A stretch of 63,932 bases of DNA, the filler included, from Licmophora abbreviata (taxonomy: Eukaryota): NCBI GenBank assembly GCA_900291995.1. It is 22 parts of 22 records of this genome, joined end to end, with 100 filler letters (N's around TTAATTAATTAA, not from the genome) between each part and the next. Parts side by side here need not be neighbours in the genome. Positions count along the whole stretch, not along the records: positions 52,808 to 54,170 come from OLMU01001782.1; positions 54,271 to 55,705 come from OLMU01001783.1; positions 55,806 to 60,553 come from OLMU01001787.1; positions 60,654 to 62,787 come from OLMU01001788.1; positions 62,888 to 63,932 come from OLMU01001881.1; 17 more parts are not named here. One strand, given 5' to 3'. A program made the position numbers and the translations under genes. Below the pieces are notes generated by a model. It saw only the letters and a list, made by a program, of their open reading frames with translations, was not told the origin of the DNA and did not search any database. Of this stretch, positions 53,044 to 63,725 are shown piece by piece; position 1 is the stretch's first letter; the number at the start of each line of letters is the position of its first letter.

Positions 53044-54087
53044 ATGAAGAGGGTCCCGCTTGGCCGCACAGGGCTTGAGGTGAGCGCGCTGTGCCTTGGC
53101 TCGATGACATGGGGCAGCCAGAACACCCCGGAAGAGGGCCATGCCCAGATCGACAGGGCGTTGGACAGGGGCGTCAACTTCATCGACACTGCCGAGATGT
53201 ATCCGGTCAATCCGACGCTGAAGGAAACCACTGGCCGCACCGAAGAGATCATCGGTCAGTGGTTCGCCAAGACCGGGCGGCGCGACGAGGTGATCCTAGC
53301 CACCAAGCATTCCGGCGAAGGGTTCATGCATGCGCGCGACGGGGTGCCGATCAGCTCGGCCACGATCCCCGAAACGGTCGAAGGATCGCTGCGGCGGCTG
53401 CAGACCGATCATATCGATCTCTATCAGCTGCATTGGCCGAACCGTGGCAGCTACATGTTTCGCAAGAACTGGAGTTTCGATCCGTCGGGCCAGAACCGAA
53501 CCGAGACCATCGCGCATATGGAAGACACGCTCGAGGCGCTGCAAAAGCAGGTCGACAAGGGCAATATCGGGCATTTCGGGCTGAGCAACGAAAGCGCCTG
53601 GGGCACGGCGCAATGGCTGCGGATCGCTGAGGCGCATGGCTGGCCAAGGGTGGCCTCGATCCAGAACGAATATTCGCTGCTGTGCCGGCTCTATGACACC
53701 GATCTGGCGGAACTGAGCGTGAACGAGGATGTGGGACTGCTGGCGTTTTCGCCGCTGGCGGCGGGGCTGCTGAGCGGCAAGTATCAGGGTGGTGCGATGC
53801 CCGGCACGTCGCGCATGGCGCTGAACAGCACGCTTGGCGGGCGCGTGACGGACCGGGTGTTCGACGCGGTGGACGCCTATCTGCAGATCGCCGGACGGCA
53901 TGGGCTGAACCCCGTTGAGATGGCGCTTTCCTGGTGCCTGACGCGGCCCTTCATGTGCGCGGCCATCTTCGGGGCGACCACGCTGGAGCAGTTGGACACA
54001 GCGCTGAACAGTGTCGATCTGGTGCTGTCGGACGAGGTCCTGACCGAGATCGACACCGCGCATCGCGCCCATCCCATGCCATTCTGA
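53044..54087 (+). CDS. Aldo/keto reductase (Tas-like)
   Basis: LGSMTWG, IDTAEMYP, LYQLHWP, GLSNE, QNEYSLL. Confidence 0.9.
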   Translation: MKRVPLGRTGLEVSALCLGSMTWGSQNTPEEGHAQIDRALDRGVNFIDTAEMYPVNPTLKETTGRTEEIIGQWFAKTGRRDEVILATKHSGEGFMHARDGVPISSATIPETVEGSLRRLQTDHIDLYQLHWPNRGSYMFRKNWSFDPSGQNRTETIAHMEDTLEALQKQVDKGNIGHFGLSNESAWGTAQWLRIAEAHGWPRVASIQNEYSLLCRLYDTDLAELSVNEDVGLLAFSPLAAGLLSGKYQGGAMPGTSRMALNSTLGGRVTDRVFDAVDAYLQIAGRHGLNPVEMALSWCLTRPFMCAAIFGATTLEQLDTALNSVDLVLSDEVLTEIDTAHRAHPMPF

Positions 54088-54111
54088 GGCGGAGCACGGC
54101 CCGCGTCAGCC

Positions 54112-54834
54112 CTATGGCAGCTCCTCGCGCAGGGCGCGCAGGTGATCGGGCAACTGCCGGGCGGTGACGTNNNNNNNNNNNNNNNNNNNNNNNNNNNNNN
54201 NNNNNNNNNNNNNNTTAATTAATTAANNNNNNNNNNNNNNNNNNNNNNNNNNNNNNNNNNNNNNNNNNNNGGTATAATAGCCCTCGCCGCGCACGAGGCT
54301 GCGGATTTCCGAGAGCGGCATCGCAATCTCGTAATCCGATTGGGTGCCGCGCATCCACTCGAGCCGGTCCTCGGAGGCGCCGATCGCCTGCTGGGTGCTG
54401 CGGCCCAGATGGGGCGTGTATTCCCATTCCAGCATCTCGCGGGTCTTGAGCATGTCCGACAGCCCCGCCGGCACATGGCGGATCTTGTAGCCCGCGGCTT
54501 CCTTGTGCCACTGGAAGATCTGCTCATCCACCAGCGCACGGGGGGCTTCGGTGAGCGACATCGAGGTGGCCAAAATGTCGGCGGCGGTTTCGGGGCGGTC
54601 GGTGAGGCCGAGCAGCCAGTCCGCCGATACGCCAAGCGCACGAGCGCATTCGCCGACCACCTGCGCATTGGGCAGCCGCGCTCCTTGTCCTTTGAGCAGT
54701 TGCGAAATCGTCGAACGATCCACCCCGACCGCCCGGGCCAGCGCGCTTTGACTGCTGCCCCGCTCGTTCAGCGCCGCGGTCAGGCGCAGACGAAAGAGAT
54801 CGGCCCGAAGGCGCTTGTCGGTTTTTTCCACCAT
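54112..54834 (-). CDS. XRE-family HTH regulator, gap at 54171-54270
   Basis: SQSALARAVGVDRSTISQLL, GVSADWLLG; C-terminal piece ...LRALREELP* beyond gap. Confidence 0.8.
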
Positions 54835-54941
54835 GTGGTGAATAATATCACAGATGCAGAGAAATGTTAACCAAGTGCGGAATGGTCCGTCAGTGTGATG
54901 GCGCGTAGCTCTGAGGGTGGGAACAGCATCGGAGATTACAC

Positions 54942-55148
54942 ATGGAGACGCGGCGGCGCACGCTTGTGAAGGCGATTGTCTGGAACCTGATCGGGCTTCT
55001 CGTGATGTCCCTTGTGGGGCTGGCGATGACCGGATCGGCCACGATCGGCGGCGCCATGGCGGTGGTCAATACCGCGATCGGGTTGAGCATGTATGTCGCC
55101 TATGAGCGGGTCTGGTCGCGGATCGATTGGGGGCGCGTGCGGGGCTGA
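54942..55148 (+). CDS. Small membrane protein (DUF2061-like)
   Basis: RTLVKAIVW...YERVWSRIDWG. Confidence 0.75.
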   Translation: METRRRTLVKAIVWNLIGLLVMSLVGLAMTGSATIGGAMAVVNTAIGLSMYVAYERVWSRIDWGRVRG

Positions 55149-55240
55149 TCCGGTGGACCGCGTGCAACGCATGCACAAAACACTGCGTTTCGCGAAAATC
55201 TGTAATTCAGGTTTTCCGCGAAACGCTTTAGCTATGCGCC

Positions 55241-55705
55241 ATGGACGCATGGATCATCCTTTCCGTGGCGGCTGCGGCGTTTCAGACGTTGCGGTTCATG
55301 CTGCAAAAACAACTCAGTATCGGCACGCTGTCGGCGGGCGGAGCCACATTCGCACGCTTTGCCTATTCAGCGCCTCTGGTGGTGCTGGGGCTGGCGGGAT
55401 ATCTGGTCTGGAGCGGCGCGGCATTGCCTGCGCGGGGTGGGGGCTTCTGGGCCTATGCGCTGATCGGGGCGCTGATGCAGGTGTTGGCGACGTGGTGCGT
55501 CGTGGCCTTGTTCGCGGCGCGGAATTTCGCGGTGGGCATCACGTTCAAGAAGACCGAGGTGATACAGACCGCACTGGTCGGACTGCTGGTGCTGGGAGAC
55601 AAGATCAGCGGGCTGGCGCTGGCGGCGATCATCCTGGGATTGGTCGGGGTGCTTGTGCTGTCGGACAATGCGGGCCTGCCGGGGCTGAGCCTGCGGCGGA
55701 TGATG
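55241..55705 (+). CDS. DMT/EamA-family transporter, 3' partial
   Basis: Hydrophobic helices, RNFAVGITFKKTE. Confidence 0.8.
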
Positions 55706-55805
55706 NNNNNNNNNNNNNNNNNNNNNNNNNNNNNNNNNNNNNNNNNNNNTTAATTAATTAANNNNNNNNNNNNNNNNNNNNNNNNNNNNNNNNNNNNNNN
55801 NNNNN

Positions 55806-55920
55806 CGAGGCCATGGACATCAGCGTCGAGGCGGCTGAAAGCCTGCTGGCGCGAGGGAAACGGGCATTGTCGGTCGATCTGATCGACCGGCGCGAGGAAT
55901 TGGGGTTCACCGATGAGTAA
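55806..55920 (+). CDS. ECF sigma factor, region 4 fragment
   Basis: EAMDISVEAAESLLARGKRAL. Confidence 0.7.
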
Positions 55921-56278
55921 AGACCAAGACGACATCCGGGCGCTCGATGCCTGTTTCAAGGCAGCGCGCGCGGCCCCGCTCGAGCCGTCGAGCGCCTTGC
56001 TGGCGAGGGTGCTGGCCGATGCCGAGGCGGTTCAGTCCGACATGCAGCGCCGGCGCGTCCGCGCGCCTCGGGCGCGTGGCGGTCGCCTGCGTCAGGCGGT
56101 CCGGGCGCTTGGCGGATGGCCTGCCATGGGAGGGCTTGCCGCTGCGACCGTGGCCGGCATCTGGATCGGGCTTAGTCCGCCCGAGCAGGTGCAGGCCTAT
56201 CTCTCGGGGCCTGACGCCGCGTATATCGTCGATCTCGCTCCGGGGGCGGGGTTCGATCTTGCAGGAGGATCGCTGTGA
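55913..56278 (+). CDS. Probable membrane anti-sigma factor
   Basis: Overlaps sigma stop; PSSALLARVLADA, one TM (GGLAAATVAGIWIG). Confidence 0.6.
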   Translation: MSKDQDDIRALDACFKAARAAPLEPSSALLARVLADAEAVQSDMQRRRVRAPRARGGRLRQAVRALGGWPAMGGLAAATVAGIWIGLSPPEQVQAYLSGPDAAYIVDLAPGAGFDLAGGSL

Positions 56279-56775
56279 TGGCGCAGGATCAAGAACAGCC
56301 GAAACGCGACAACGCCCCGATGGGCAACTGGATGCGCGGTCTTCTGGTGGTGTCACTTGCGCTGAACCTGCTGGTGGCAGGGGCGGTTGCGGGTCATCTG
56401 ATCTCGGGGGGGGCAGGCCATGGCAGGCATCACGCGCCCGGTATCGACGCGGCGGGCGGGCCGATGACCCGCGCGCTGGACGAGCGCGACCGACGCGCCA
56501 TCGCCCGGCAGTTGCGCGAGGCCTATCGCGACGGCAGGCCCGGCCGCGCCGAGCAGCGCGCGGCATTCGATGCGCTGATTGACGATCTGCGCAAGACACC
56601 GTTCGACCGGATGGCGATCGAGGGCCATATGGCGCGTATCCGGGGGATGCTGGTCGGTCGGCTCGAGCTTGGTCAGGGGCTTTTGGTGGATCGGCTGGAA
56701 GGCATGGAACCGCAGGAGCGGGCGGTCTTTGCGGACAGGCTCGAAGCGGGTTGGCAGCGCGGTCGCGACAGGTAA
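56278..56775 (+). CDS. Periplasmic heavy-metal sensor / Spy-CpxP-like protein
   Basis: LLVVSLALNLLVAG TM then helical domain ending ..PQERAVFADRL. Confidence 0.7.
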   Translation: MAQDQEQPKRDNAPMGNWMRGLLVVSLALNLLVAGAVAGHLISGGAGHGRHHAPGIDAAGGPMTRALDERDRRAIARQLREAYRDGRPGRAEQRAAFDALIDDLRKTPFDRMAIEGHMARIRGMLVGRLELGQGLLVDRLEGMEPQERAVFADRLEAGWQRGRDR

Positions 56776-56803
56776 CGCGCCGCCGGGGGGGTCTTGTGGC
56801 GGA

Positions 56804-58195
56804 TCAGGCGGCGGGGCGGCGGCTGAAGGTCACCATGTTGCGCCCATCGGATTTCGAGCCGTAAAGCGCGCGGTCGGCCTCGTCCAGAAGGGTGTCCACC
56901 CGTGGCGTTTCCGCATCGGGCCGGGGATGGCCCAAGGTGGCGCCGATGCTGATGGTCACGTTCAACGGCGCCTCGCTGGACATCACGTGCAAGGGGCTGC
57001 GCCGGACTGCGGCGCAGAGCCGACGCGCCATGCGACTGGCTTCGTCGCGGCCCGTATCGGGCATGACGATCAGGAATTCCTCGCCGCCGATGCGGGCGAT
57101 CATGTCTTCGTCGCGCAAGTTGGATTTCAACAGGCGCGCGATCTGGCTGAGCACGGCATCCCCGGCGGCATGGCCGTGCCGATCATTGATTCGCTTGAAA
57201 TGATCGAGATCGGCCACCATCACCGCAAATCCGCGCCCGTCGCGCCGCGTCTCGTCGATCAACCGGTCGAGGAAGGGCAGGGCATAACGGCGGTTATATA
57301 GGCCGGTCAGCGGATCGATCACCGCCGCTTCAAGCCCGGTCTGGAGCTGTTCGCGCATGGATTCGGCCTTGCGGGCACGGGCCAGTTGCCGGTCGAGCCG
57401 CAACTGCAATTCACGCGTGTCGCAGGTTTCGTCGATCACGTCATCCGCCCCCATATCCAGCAGCCCCGGCGTGAGGCCGGCTGCATCGGGCGAAAGCAGG
57501 GCGATGATCGGGCGTTTGCGGCTGTGCGGCGATGCGTTGAGGCGGGCGATCAGGTCGACGCTGTCATCGCGGCTGTCCGGACAGACCCGGAGCAGGTACA
57601 GATCCGGCATGGTGCCGTCGCGCGGGTTTGCCAGCGCGCTTTCGGGGTCGAGCGGCTTGACCTTGTAGCGGCTGAGTTGACCCAGTTTGGCCGCCAGCGC
57701 AACAGCCTCTTTCTGGCCATGCGCCACAAGTCCGATATGGCATATCCGGTCGAAAATCGGCGCGGTTTCGGCGAATCCCAATGCCGATGCCGTGCCGGCA
57801 TGAACGCGCAGGTCACGGGCCATCTGATGTTGGCGCAGGAGGCTGCGCAGCCGTGCGAGCAGCATGCTCTCATCCACGGGTTTGACGAGGATCTCGTCGG
57901 CACCGGCCTGCAACGCGGCAAGCCGCGCCTGATGATCGTCGTGATGCAGGAACATGATGACCGGCGCCGCCTCGACCCCGTCGCGGGCCTTGAGGCTTTG
58001 GACAAAGCCATGGCTCGACATATCGCTAAGCGAGGGCGCGCAGATCACCAGATCCGGGTTTTCCTGTGCGGCCAGCGCCAACGCTTCGGCCCCGGTGCGC
58101 GCCTGTATCACATCGTAATAGGCGGCCGACAGCTTGACCTTCAGGACGATCCTGTTGGTCGCAAGGTCGTCGAGGATGAGAATTTTGCCGGACAT
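56804..58195 (-). CDS. PleD-like REC-REC-GGDEF diguanylate cyclase
   Basis: DPLTGLYNRRY, RDED I-site, GGEEF. Confidence 0.88.
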   Translation of the reverse strand: MSGKILILDDLATNRIVLKVKLSAAYYDVIQARTGAEALALAAQENPDLVICAPSLSDMSSHGFVQSLKARDGVEAAPVIMFLHHDDHQARLAALQAGADEILVKPVDESMLLARLRSLLRQHQMARDLRVHAGTASALGFAETAPIFDRICHIGLVAHGQKEAVALAAKLGQLSRYKVKPLDPESALANPRDGTMPDLYLLRVCPDSRDDSVDLIARLNASPHSRKRPIIALLSPDAAGLTPGLLDMGADDVIDETCDTRELQLRLDRQLARARKAESMREQLQTGLEAAVIDPLTGLYNRRYALPFLDRLIDETRRDGRGFAVMVADLDHFKRINDRHGHAAGDAVLSQIARLLKSNLRDEDMIARIGGEEFLIVMPDTGRDEASRMARRLCAAVRRSPLHVMSSEAPLNVTISIGATLGHPRPDAETPRVDTLLDEADRALYGSKSDGRNMVTFSRRPAA

Positions 58196-58281
58196 CGGAG
58201 GTTGCCTTTCGGACTTGCTCTTTTCGTGACCATGACTATCCCTGTGAGTGGTTAAGAAAACCTTTCCGGGAATTAATCATT

Positions 58282-58566
58282 TTGACGCTGACGCAGGATA
58301 AAGCTGAAACAGTCGCCTTGCGCTGCCTGGGGTGGCTTGCGGGGAACGAAGATCTTTTGCCCGTTTTCATGGGCGCCACCGGGGTTTCCGAGGCCGACAT
58401 GAGGGCAAACGCGCAAGATGTTGAGTTTCTTGGATCCGTTCTGGATTTCATCCTGATGGATGATGCCTGGGTCGTGCAATGTTGCAGCGCATTGGGCATC
58501 GCGAACGACATGCCGATGCGGGCCCGTGCGGCTCTTCCGGGCGGGCAGCAGGTCAACTGGACATGA
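58282..58566 (+). CDS. DUF3572-like protein
   Basis: AETVALRCLGWLA, FLGSVLDFIL, LPGG. Confidence 0.75.
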   Translation: MTLTQDKAETVALRCLGWLAGNEDLLPVFMGATGVSEADMRANAQDVEFLGSVLDFILMDDAWVVQCCSALGIANDMPMRARAALPGGQQVNWT

Positions 58567-59279
58567 CGACCATTGCCTCGGGGATCGCAAGAAAGATTGA
58601 CGGCATTCTCTTTGACAAGGATGGCACGCTGTTCGATTTCAATGCCACCTGGAATGTCTGGGCGCAGAGCACGATTCATGATCTTGCAGGCGGAGAGCCG
58701 ACGGTCATGGCCCGGATCGCGCTTGAAATCGACTTCGATCTCGAGAATGGCCGCTTCGATCCGCAAAGCCCGGTGATCGCGGGCACCAATCGCGAGGCCG
58801 CCGAATGCATGGGCCGCGCCCTGCCGGAGCGCAGCGTTGAGGAGATCGAATATCTGCTCATGATGAGCGCCGCCGCCGCTCCGCTGGCGCCCGCGGTGCC
58901 GCTGGCGGCGTTTCTCGAAGGCTTGGCGGCGCAGGGCATCGCTCTTGGCGTGATGACCAATGATACCGAATACGGTGCCCGCAGCCATTTGCGCAATGCC
59001 GGGGTCGAGGAACTATTCGATTTCATTGCCGGGTTCGATTCAGGCCATGGTGCGAAACCCGAGCCGGGGCCTCTGCTGGCTTTTGCGCGCCATGTCAGCC
59101 TTTTGCCTCAACGGGTGGTGATGGTGGGCGACAGCACGCATGACCTGCTGGCGGGCCGCGCGGCTGGAATGCAGACGGTGGGTGTTCTGACGGGCCTTGC
59201 CGGCCATGACGATCTGGCGCCCCTGGCGGATGCCGTGCTGCCGGATATCGGGCATCTGCCGGCCTGGATGCTGGCATGA
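58563..59279 (+). CDS. HAD-superfamily hydrolase
   Basis: FDKDGTL, KPEP, MVGDSTHD. Confidence 0.9.
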   Translation: MTTIASGIARKIDGILFDKDGTLFDFNATWNVWAQSTIHDLAGGEPTVMARIALEIDFDLENGRFDPQSPVIAGTNREAAECMGRALPERSVEEIEYLLMMSAAAAPLAPAVPLAAFLEGLAAQGIALGVMTNDTEYGARSHLRNAGVEELFDFIAGFDSGHGAKPEPGPLLAFARHVSLLPQRVVMVGDSTHDLLAGRAAGMQTVGVLTGLAGHDDLAPLADAVLPDIGHLPAWMLA

Positions 59280-60168
59280 CACGGCATCCGCTCTTCGGGA
59301 TCCTGCTGGCGGTGTTCGGGACGCTGGTTCTGACGCCCGACACGATGTTCATGCGCTGGTCCGAGATGGGCGGCTTCGAGATGGTCGCCTGGCGCGGTCT
59401 TCTGATGGGGACGGCCATGCTGGTGATGTGGGCGATCCTCAGCCGCGACCGGCGCGCGGACCTGCTGATCCTTGGCTCGGGCTTTGGCCTGACCATCGTG
59501 GTGTGTCAGTTCTTCAACGCCACGTTATTCGGTCTGGGCATATCGGTGGCGCCGGTTGCCGTGGTGCTGTTCGGGCTGGCGACCGTGCCGGTCTTTTCGG
59601 CGATCCTGGCGTGGTTGATCCTTGGTGAGCCGACGCGGAGGGCCACTTGGGTCACCATCGCGGCGGTGATGACGGGGATCGGCATCGCGGTTTTCAGCGG
59701 CGACAAGGGCCAGATCGGGCTGGACCGGAATTCGCTTTATGGGGCGCTGTTCGGGCTTGGTACGGCGCTGGTGCTGGCGCTCAACTTCGTGGTGATGCGC
59801 CGTCGTCCGCAACTGCCGATCCTTCTTGTGATCGGGGTGGGGCCGCGCTGGCCGGGGCCACGGCGCTCGGTGTGGCGGGGCCGCAGGCCATGACCGATGG
59901 CAAGGTCTGGGCGATTGCCGTGACCGGTCTGGTCATTCTGCCGGTGTCGTTCTTCACGCTGTCGCTGGCCTCGCGCTATACGCATGCGTCGAATGTGAGC
60001 CTGCTTTTGTTGCTGGAAACCGTGCTGGGGCCGGTCTGGGTCTGGGTGGGCACGGGCGAGGCGCCGACACCCATGATGATCGTTGGCGGTGCGATCGTGG
60101 TGGGCAGTCTTGCGGTGTATATCATGTGGACCGGTCGCCGCCCAGGGCCGGGCGGGCCTGTGCATTGA
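59276..60168 (+). CDS. DMT/EamA-family transporter with apparent 1-bp frameshift at ~59840
   Basis: Two overlapping hydrophobic ORFs joined at a G-run; LLETVLGPVWVW...GE. Confidence 0.78.
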
Positions 60169-60292
60169 TGACGGCGCGCATCTGAGCAACTCGGGCCAGT
60201 TTTCCAAAAACGACAGCATCAGTCGCAAAGCGGCAAACGCAAAGCCTTGTGCGGTGGTTCCATGATCCAGAGCCGCAAAAGGAATCCCGGCG

Positions 60293-61909
60293 ATGGCAAA
60301 AGCTTTGAGACGCAGGCAGCGCGCGGGCGGGCGGGCAGGCAACGCGGAGCGTCGGGGCACCGCGGCGATCGAGCAGATGCCATGGGCGCCGCCGGTCAAT
60401 ATCGACCGGCCCGTCGAGCCGCTGGATGAGGCCGGGATCGCCGCGATCCATGATGGCGCGATGCGGATTCTCGAAGAGATCGGGATCGAGTTTCTGAACC
60501 CCGAGGCGTTGGAGGTCCTGCGCGGATCTGGCGGCTGCACCATACGCGGAGAGNNNNNNNNNNNNNNNNNNNNNNNNNNNNNNNNNNNNNNNNNNNNTTA
60601 ATTAATTAANNNNNNNNNNNNNNNNNNNNNNNNNNNNNNNNNNNNNNNNNNNNCGCCGCGCGAATGGACGATCACGCCCCGCAATCCCGCAAGGCAGCTG
60701 GCTATCGGGGGGCGCAACATGGTGTTCGGCAATGTTTCGTCGCCGCCGAATTACTGGGATATGGCGCTTGGCCGCAAGGTGGCGGGCAATCGTGAGATGT
60801 GCCGCAACCTTTTGAAACTGAGCCAGTATTTCAACTGCGTGCATTTCATCGGCGGTTATCCGGTGGAACCGCAGGACATCCATGCCAGCGATCGCCATCT
60901 GGATGTGCTTTATGACAAGCTGACCCTGACCGACAAGGTGGCCCATGCCTATTGCCTGGGCCAAGAGCGGGTCGAGGACGTGATGGAAATGGTCCGTATC
61001 GCCGCCGGGCTGAGCGATGCCGAATTCGAAGCGCGGCCGCATATGTATACCAACATCAACTCCACCTCGCCGCTCAAGCATGACTACCCCATGCTGGATG
61101 GCTGGATGCGAGTGGCGCGGCGCAATCAGGGGCTTGTGGTCACGCCGTTCACCTTGGCCGGAGCGATGGCGCCGGTTACGATGTCGGGGGCGGTGACGCT
61201 TAGTCTGGCGGAGGGATTGTGTGCGGTGGTGCTGGCGCAGATTATCCGACCGGGGGCGTGTTGTGCGATCGGAACCTTCACATCGAATGTGGATATGAAA
61301 ACCGGAGCGCCGGCCTTCGGGACGCCGGAATACATGCGCGCCACGCAGATGACGGGGCAGATGGCGCGGTTCTACGGTCTGCCGATGCGGGCCAGCGGGG
61401 TGTGTGCCGCGAATGTGCCCGATGGACAGGCCATGTGGGAGACTTCGAACAGCCTGTGGTCGGCGGTTCAGTCGGGCGCCAACATGGTCTATCACGCCGC
61501 CGGTTGGCTGGAGGGCGGGTTGATTGCCAGCCCCGAGAAATTTGTGATGGATTGCGAGATTTTGCAGCATATTCAACGTTATATGGACCCTGCCCTGACT
61601 GCGACCGGCCCCGAGGACATCGCGCTCGAGGCGGTGCGGGAGGTGGGATGCCAAAGCCATTACTTCGGGATCCAGCACACTCAGGACCGTTATACCACGG
61701 CCTTCTATCAGCCCTTCCTGAGCGACTGGAGCAACTACGAGGCATGGGAGGCGGCGGGGGCTGTCTGGACGGCGCAGAGGGCGCATCAGGTCTTTCACGA
61801 CATCATCGCAAGCTTCGAGCCGCCGCCGATGGATGCGGCCATCCATGAGGAGCTTGCGGCCTTCGTGGAGCGGCGCAAGGCCGAGGGTGGGGCCCCCACG
61901 GATTTCTGA
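60293..61909 (+). CDS. Trimethylamine methyltransferase (MttB superfamily, non-pyrrolysine), gap at 60554-60653
   Basis: ILEEIGIEF, NINSTSPL, LAGAMAPVT, GAPAFGTPE, HAAGWLEGGL. Confidence 0.88.
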
Positions 61910-61919
61910 AAAACGGGCT

Positions 61920-61969
61920 TCGGTATCGCGTCGGTATCACGTCAGTATTGCGTCGGTATCGTATCGGTG
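61920..61969 (+). repeat. 11-bp tandem repeat TCGGTATCRCG (about 4.5 units)
   Basis: TCGGTATCGCG TCGGTATCACG TCAGTATTGCG TCGGTATCGTA TCGGTG. Confidence 0.78.
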
Positions 61970-62125
61970 AAATCCGGTCCGCGCGCAGGCGTGAGATCGG
62001 GCCGCTCACCCCGGCGCAGTGCCCGAAAAATTTCCCGTCAATTTGATCTGTTGAGGAGGTTTTAATCCTCATGCGCGATCCTCGAGCCTGTCGGAAACCG
62101 GAGCCTTCTGAGAAGGGAGCGTTGA

Positions 62126-62718
62126 ATGCAGGGATTGGTCAACCGCGCGGTGGAGCGGTTCGTATGCGATACATATGGGCGCGAGACATGGCAGGCGATC
62201 ATGCGCGGCCTCGATCTGGGGTTTTCCGAGTTCGAGGCGATGCTGAATTACGATCCCGAGATCACGCCGCGTCTGCTGGTGGCGGTGGCGGCTGCGCTGG
62301 ACAGCCGCAGGCGGACATCCTTGAGGATATCGGGACATATCTTGTCTCGCATCCCAACGCGGCGGCGGTGCGGCGGTTGCTGCGCTTCGGAGGAGACACG
62401 TTCGAGGAGGTGCTGCATTCACTGGAGGACCTTCCGGGGCGGGCGGCGCTTGCGGTGTCGGACCTGCGCCTGCCGCCGATGGATGTGTCGGAAGAGGCGG
62501 ACGGCCGGTTCTGTCTGCGGATCGGCGCAGCGAACAGCCCCGGGCAGGGCTTTGGCCATCTGGCGGTGGGTCTTTTCCGGGCGCTGGCGGACGATTACGG
62601 CGCACTTGTGCTGCTGGAGCATAAGGGCGAGCAGGCCGGTGTGGAGCATGTGGAGATCGACTTTCTGAGCGCCGATCATGCAAGGGGTCGGGCGTTTTCC
62701 CTCGGGGCGGTCGGGTGA
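62126..62718 (+). CDS. H-NOX (HNOB) domain protein with apparent 1-bp frameshift at ~62303
   Basis: MQGLVNRAVERFVCDTYGRETW...YD, then in shifted frame LEDIGTYLVSHP..RRLLRFGG. Confidence 0.75.
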
Positions 62719-62887
62719 GGGATTGCGGCGCGGCAGCGTCGCCGGATCAGGCGGCTTTGGATGTGCTCTGCCCGATGCATGCGCGGCNNNNNNNNNNNNN
62801 NNNNNNNNNNNNNNNNNNNNNNNNNNNNNNNTTAATTAATTAANNNNNNNNNNNNNNNNNNNNNNNNNNNNNNNNNNNNNNNNNNNN

Positions 62888-63468
62888 AGGATCGAGCTGG
62901 CGCCCGACACGTGCACGGCGAAGATCGCCAGATCCATCGAGATCCCGGTCTCGTTCGTCGAGAGCGGCGGGTACAGAACCCAGCCGACACCGGACCCGAG
63001 TTGACCGTTGCCGCCAGGCGCAAGCAGCGAGGCCACCCCAAGCGATGTCCCGGCGACGAACAGCCAGAAGCTGAGGTTGTTCATCCGCGGGAACGCCATG
63101 TCCGGCGCACCGATCTGAAGAGGCATGAAATAGTTGCCGAAGCCGCCGAACAGGGCGGGGATCACGACGAAGAACATCATAAGCACACCGTGATAGGTGA
63201 TCATGACGTTCCACAGATGACCGTTGGGTGTGCATTCGCCTGCGGCCGCGGCCGTGAAGCGAGCGCCTTCGAGGCACATATACTGCACCCCCGGCTCCAT
63301 GAGTTCCATCCGCATGTAGACGGTGAATAGAACCGAGATCAGGCCGACGATCGCCGAGGTGATCAGGTAAAGGATACCGATATCCTTGTGGTTCGTGGAC
63401 ATGAACCACCGGGTGAAGAACCCGCGCTGATCCTCATGCTCGTGGCCGTGAATGGCTGCGTCTGCCAT
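62888..63468 (-). CDS. ctaD: Cytochrome c oxidase (aa3) subunit I, 3' partial
   Basis: [42 protein letters not shown]. Confidence 0.96.
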
Positions 63469-63575
63469 TTTATGCCTCCTGCTAGGTAATTTCATGGACA
63501 CACGATTCCCGTCACCGCATGCCCGCTATCCATTCAGGTTTTAGAATGCCGATGCATGCAGGGCAATGCGTGAAG

Positions 63576-63589
63576 TTGACCTAAATCAA
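63576..63589. promoter_or_regulatory. FNR/FnrL box upstream of ctaD
   Basis: TTGAC-CTAA-ATCAA vs consensus TTGAT-N4-ATCAA. Confidence 0.7.
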
Positions 63590-63725
63590 ATAATTTTGTC
63601 GCACCCCCCCTGCGGCGGGCCACGGGCGCTTCGTCGATGTGGATGAAGCGCAAAGTATTGAAAAGGCTACATATCAGCCGTGGCTATCCGTCCTGCGGCG
63701 GTGGGCACAGGGCGGGTGCGGCATG

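Noticed and set aside
59834..59842. Frameshift splitting the DMT transporter (possible pseudogene)
   Set aside because: Adding one G to the G-run restores a continuous, undecayed protein; probable sequencing error.
1462..62887. 21 copies of TTAATTAATTAA flanked by N runs
   Set aside because: Each is an identical 100-nt N44-12mer-N44 block giving stops in all six frames: a scaffolding linker, not a biological repeat or CtrA site.
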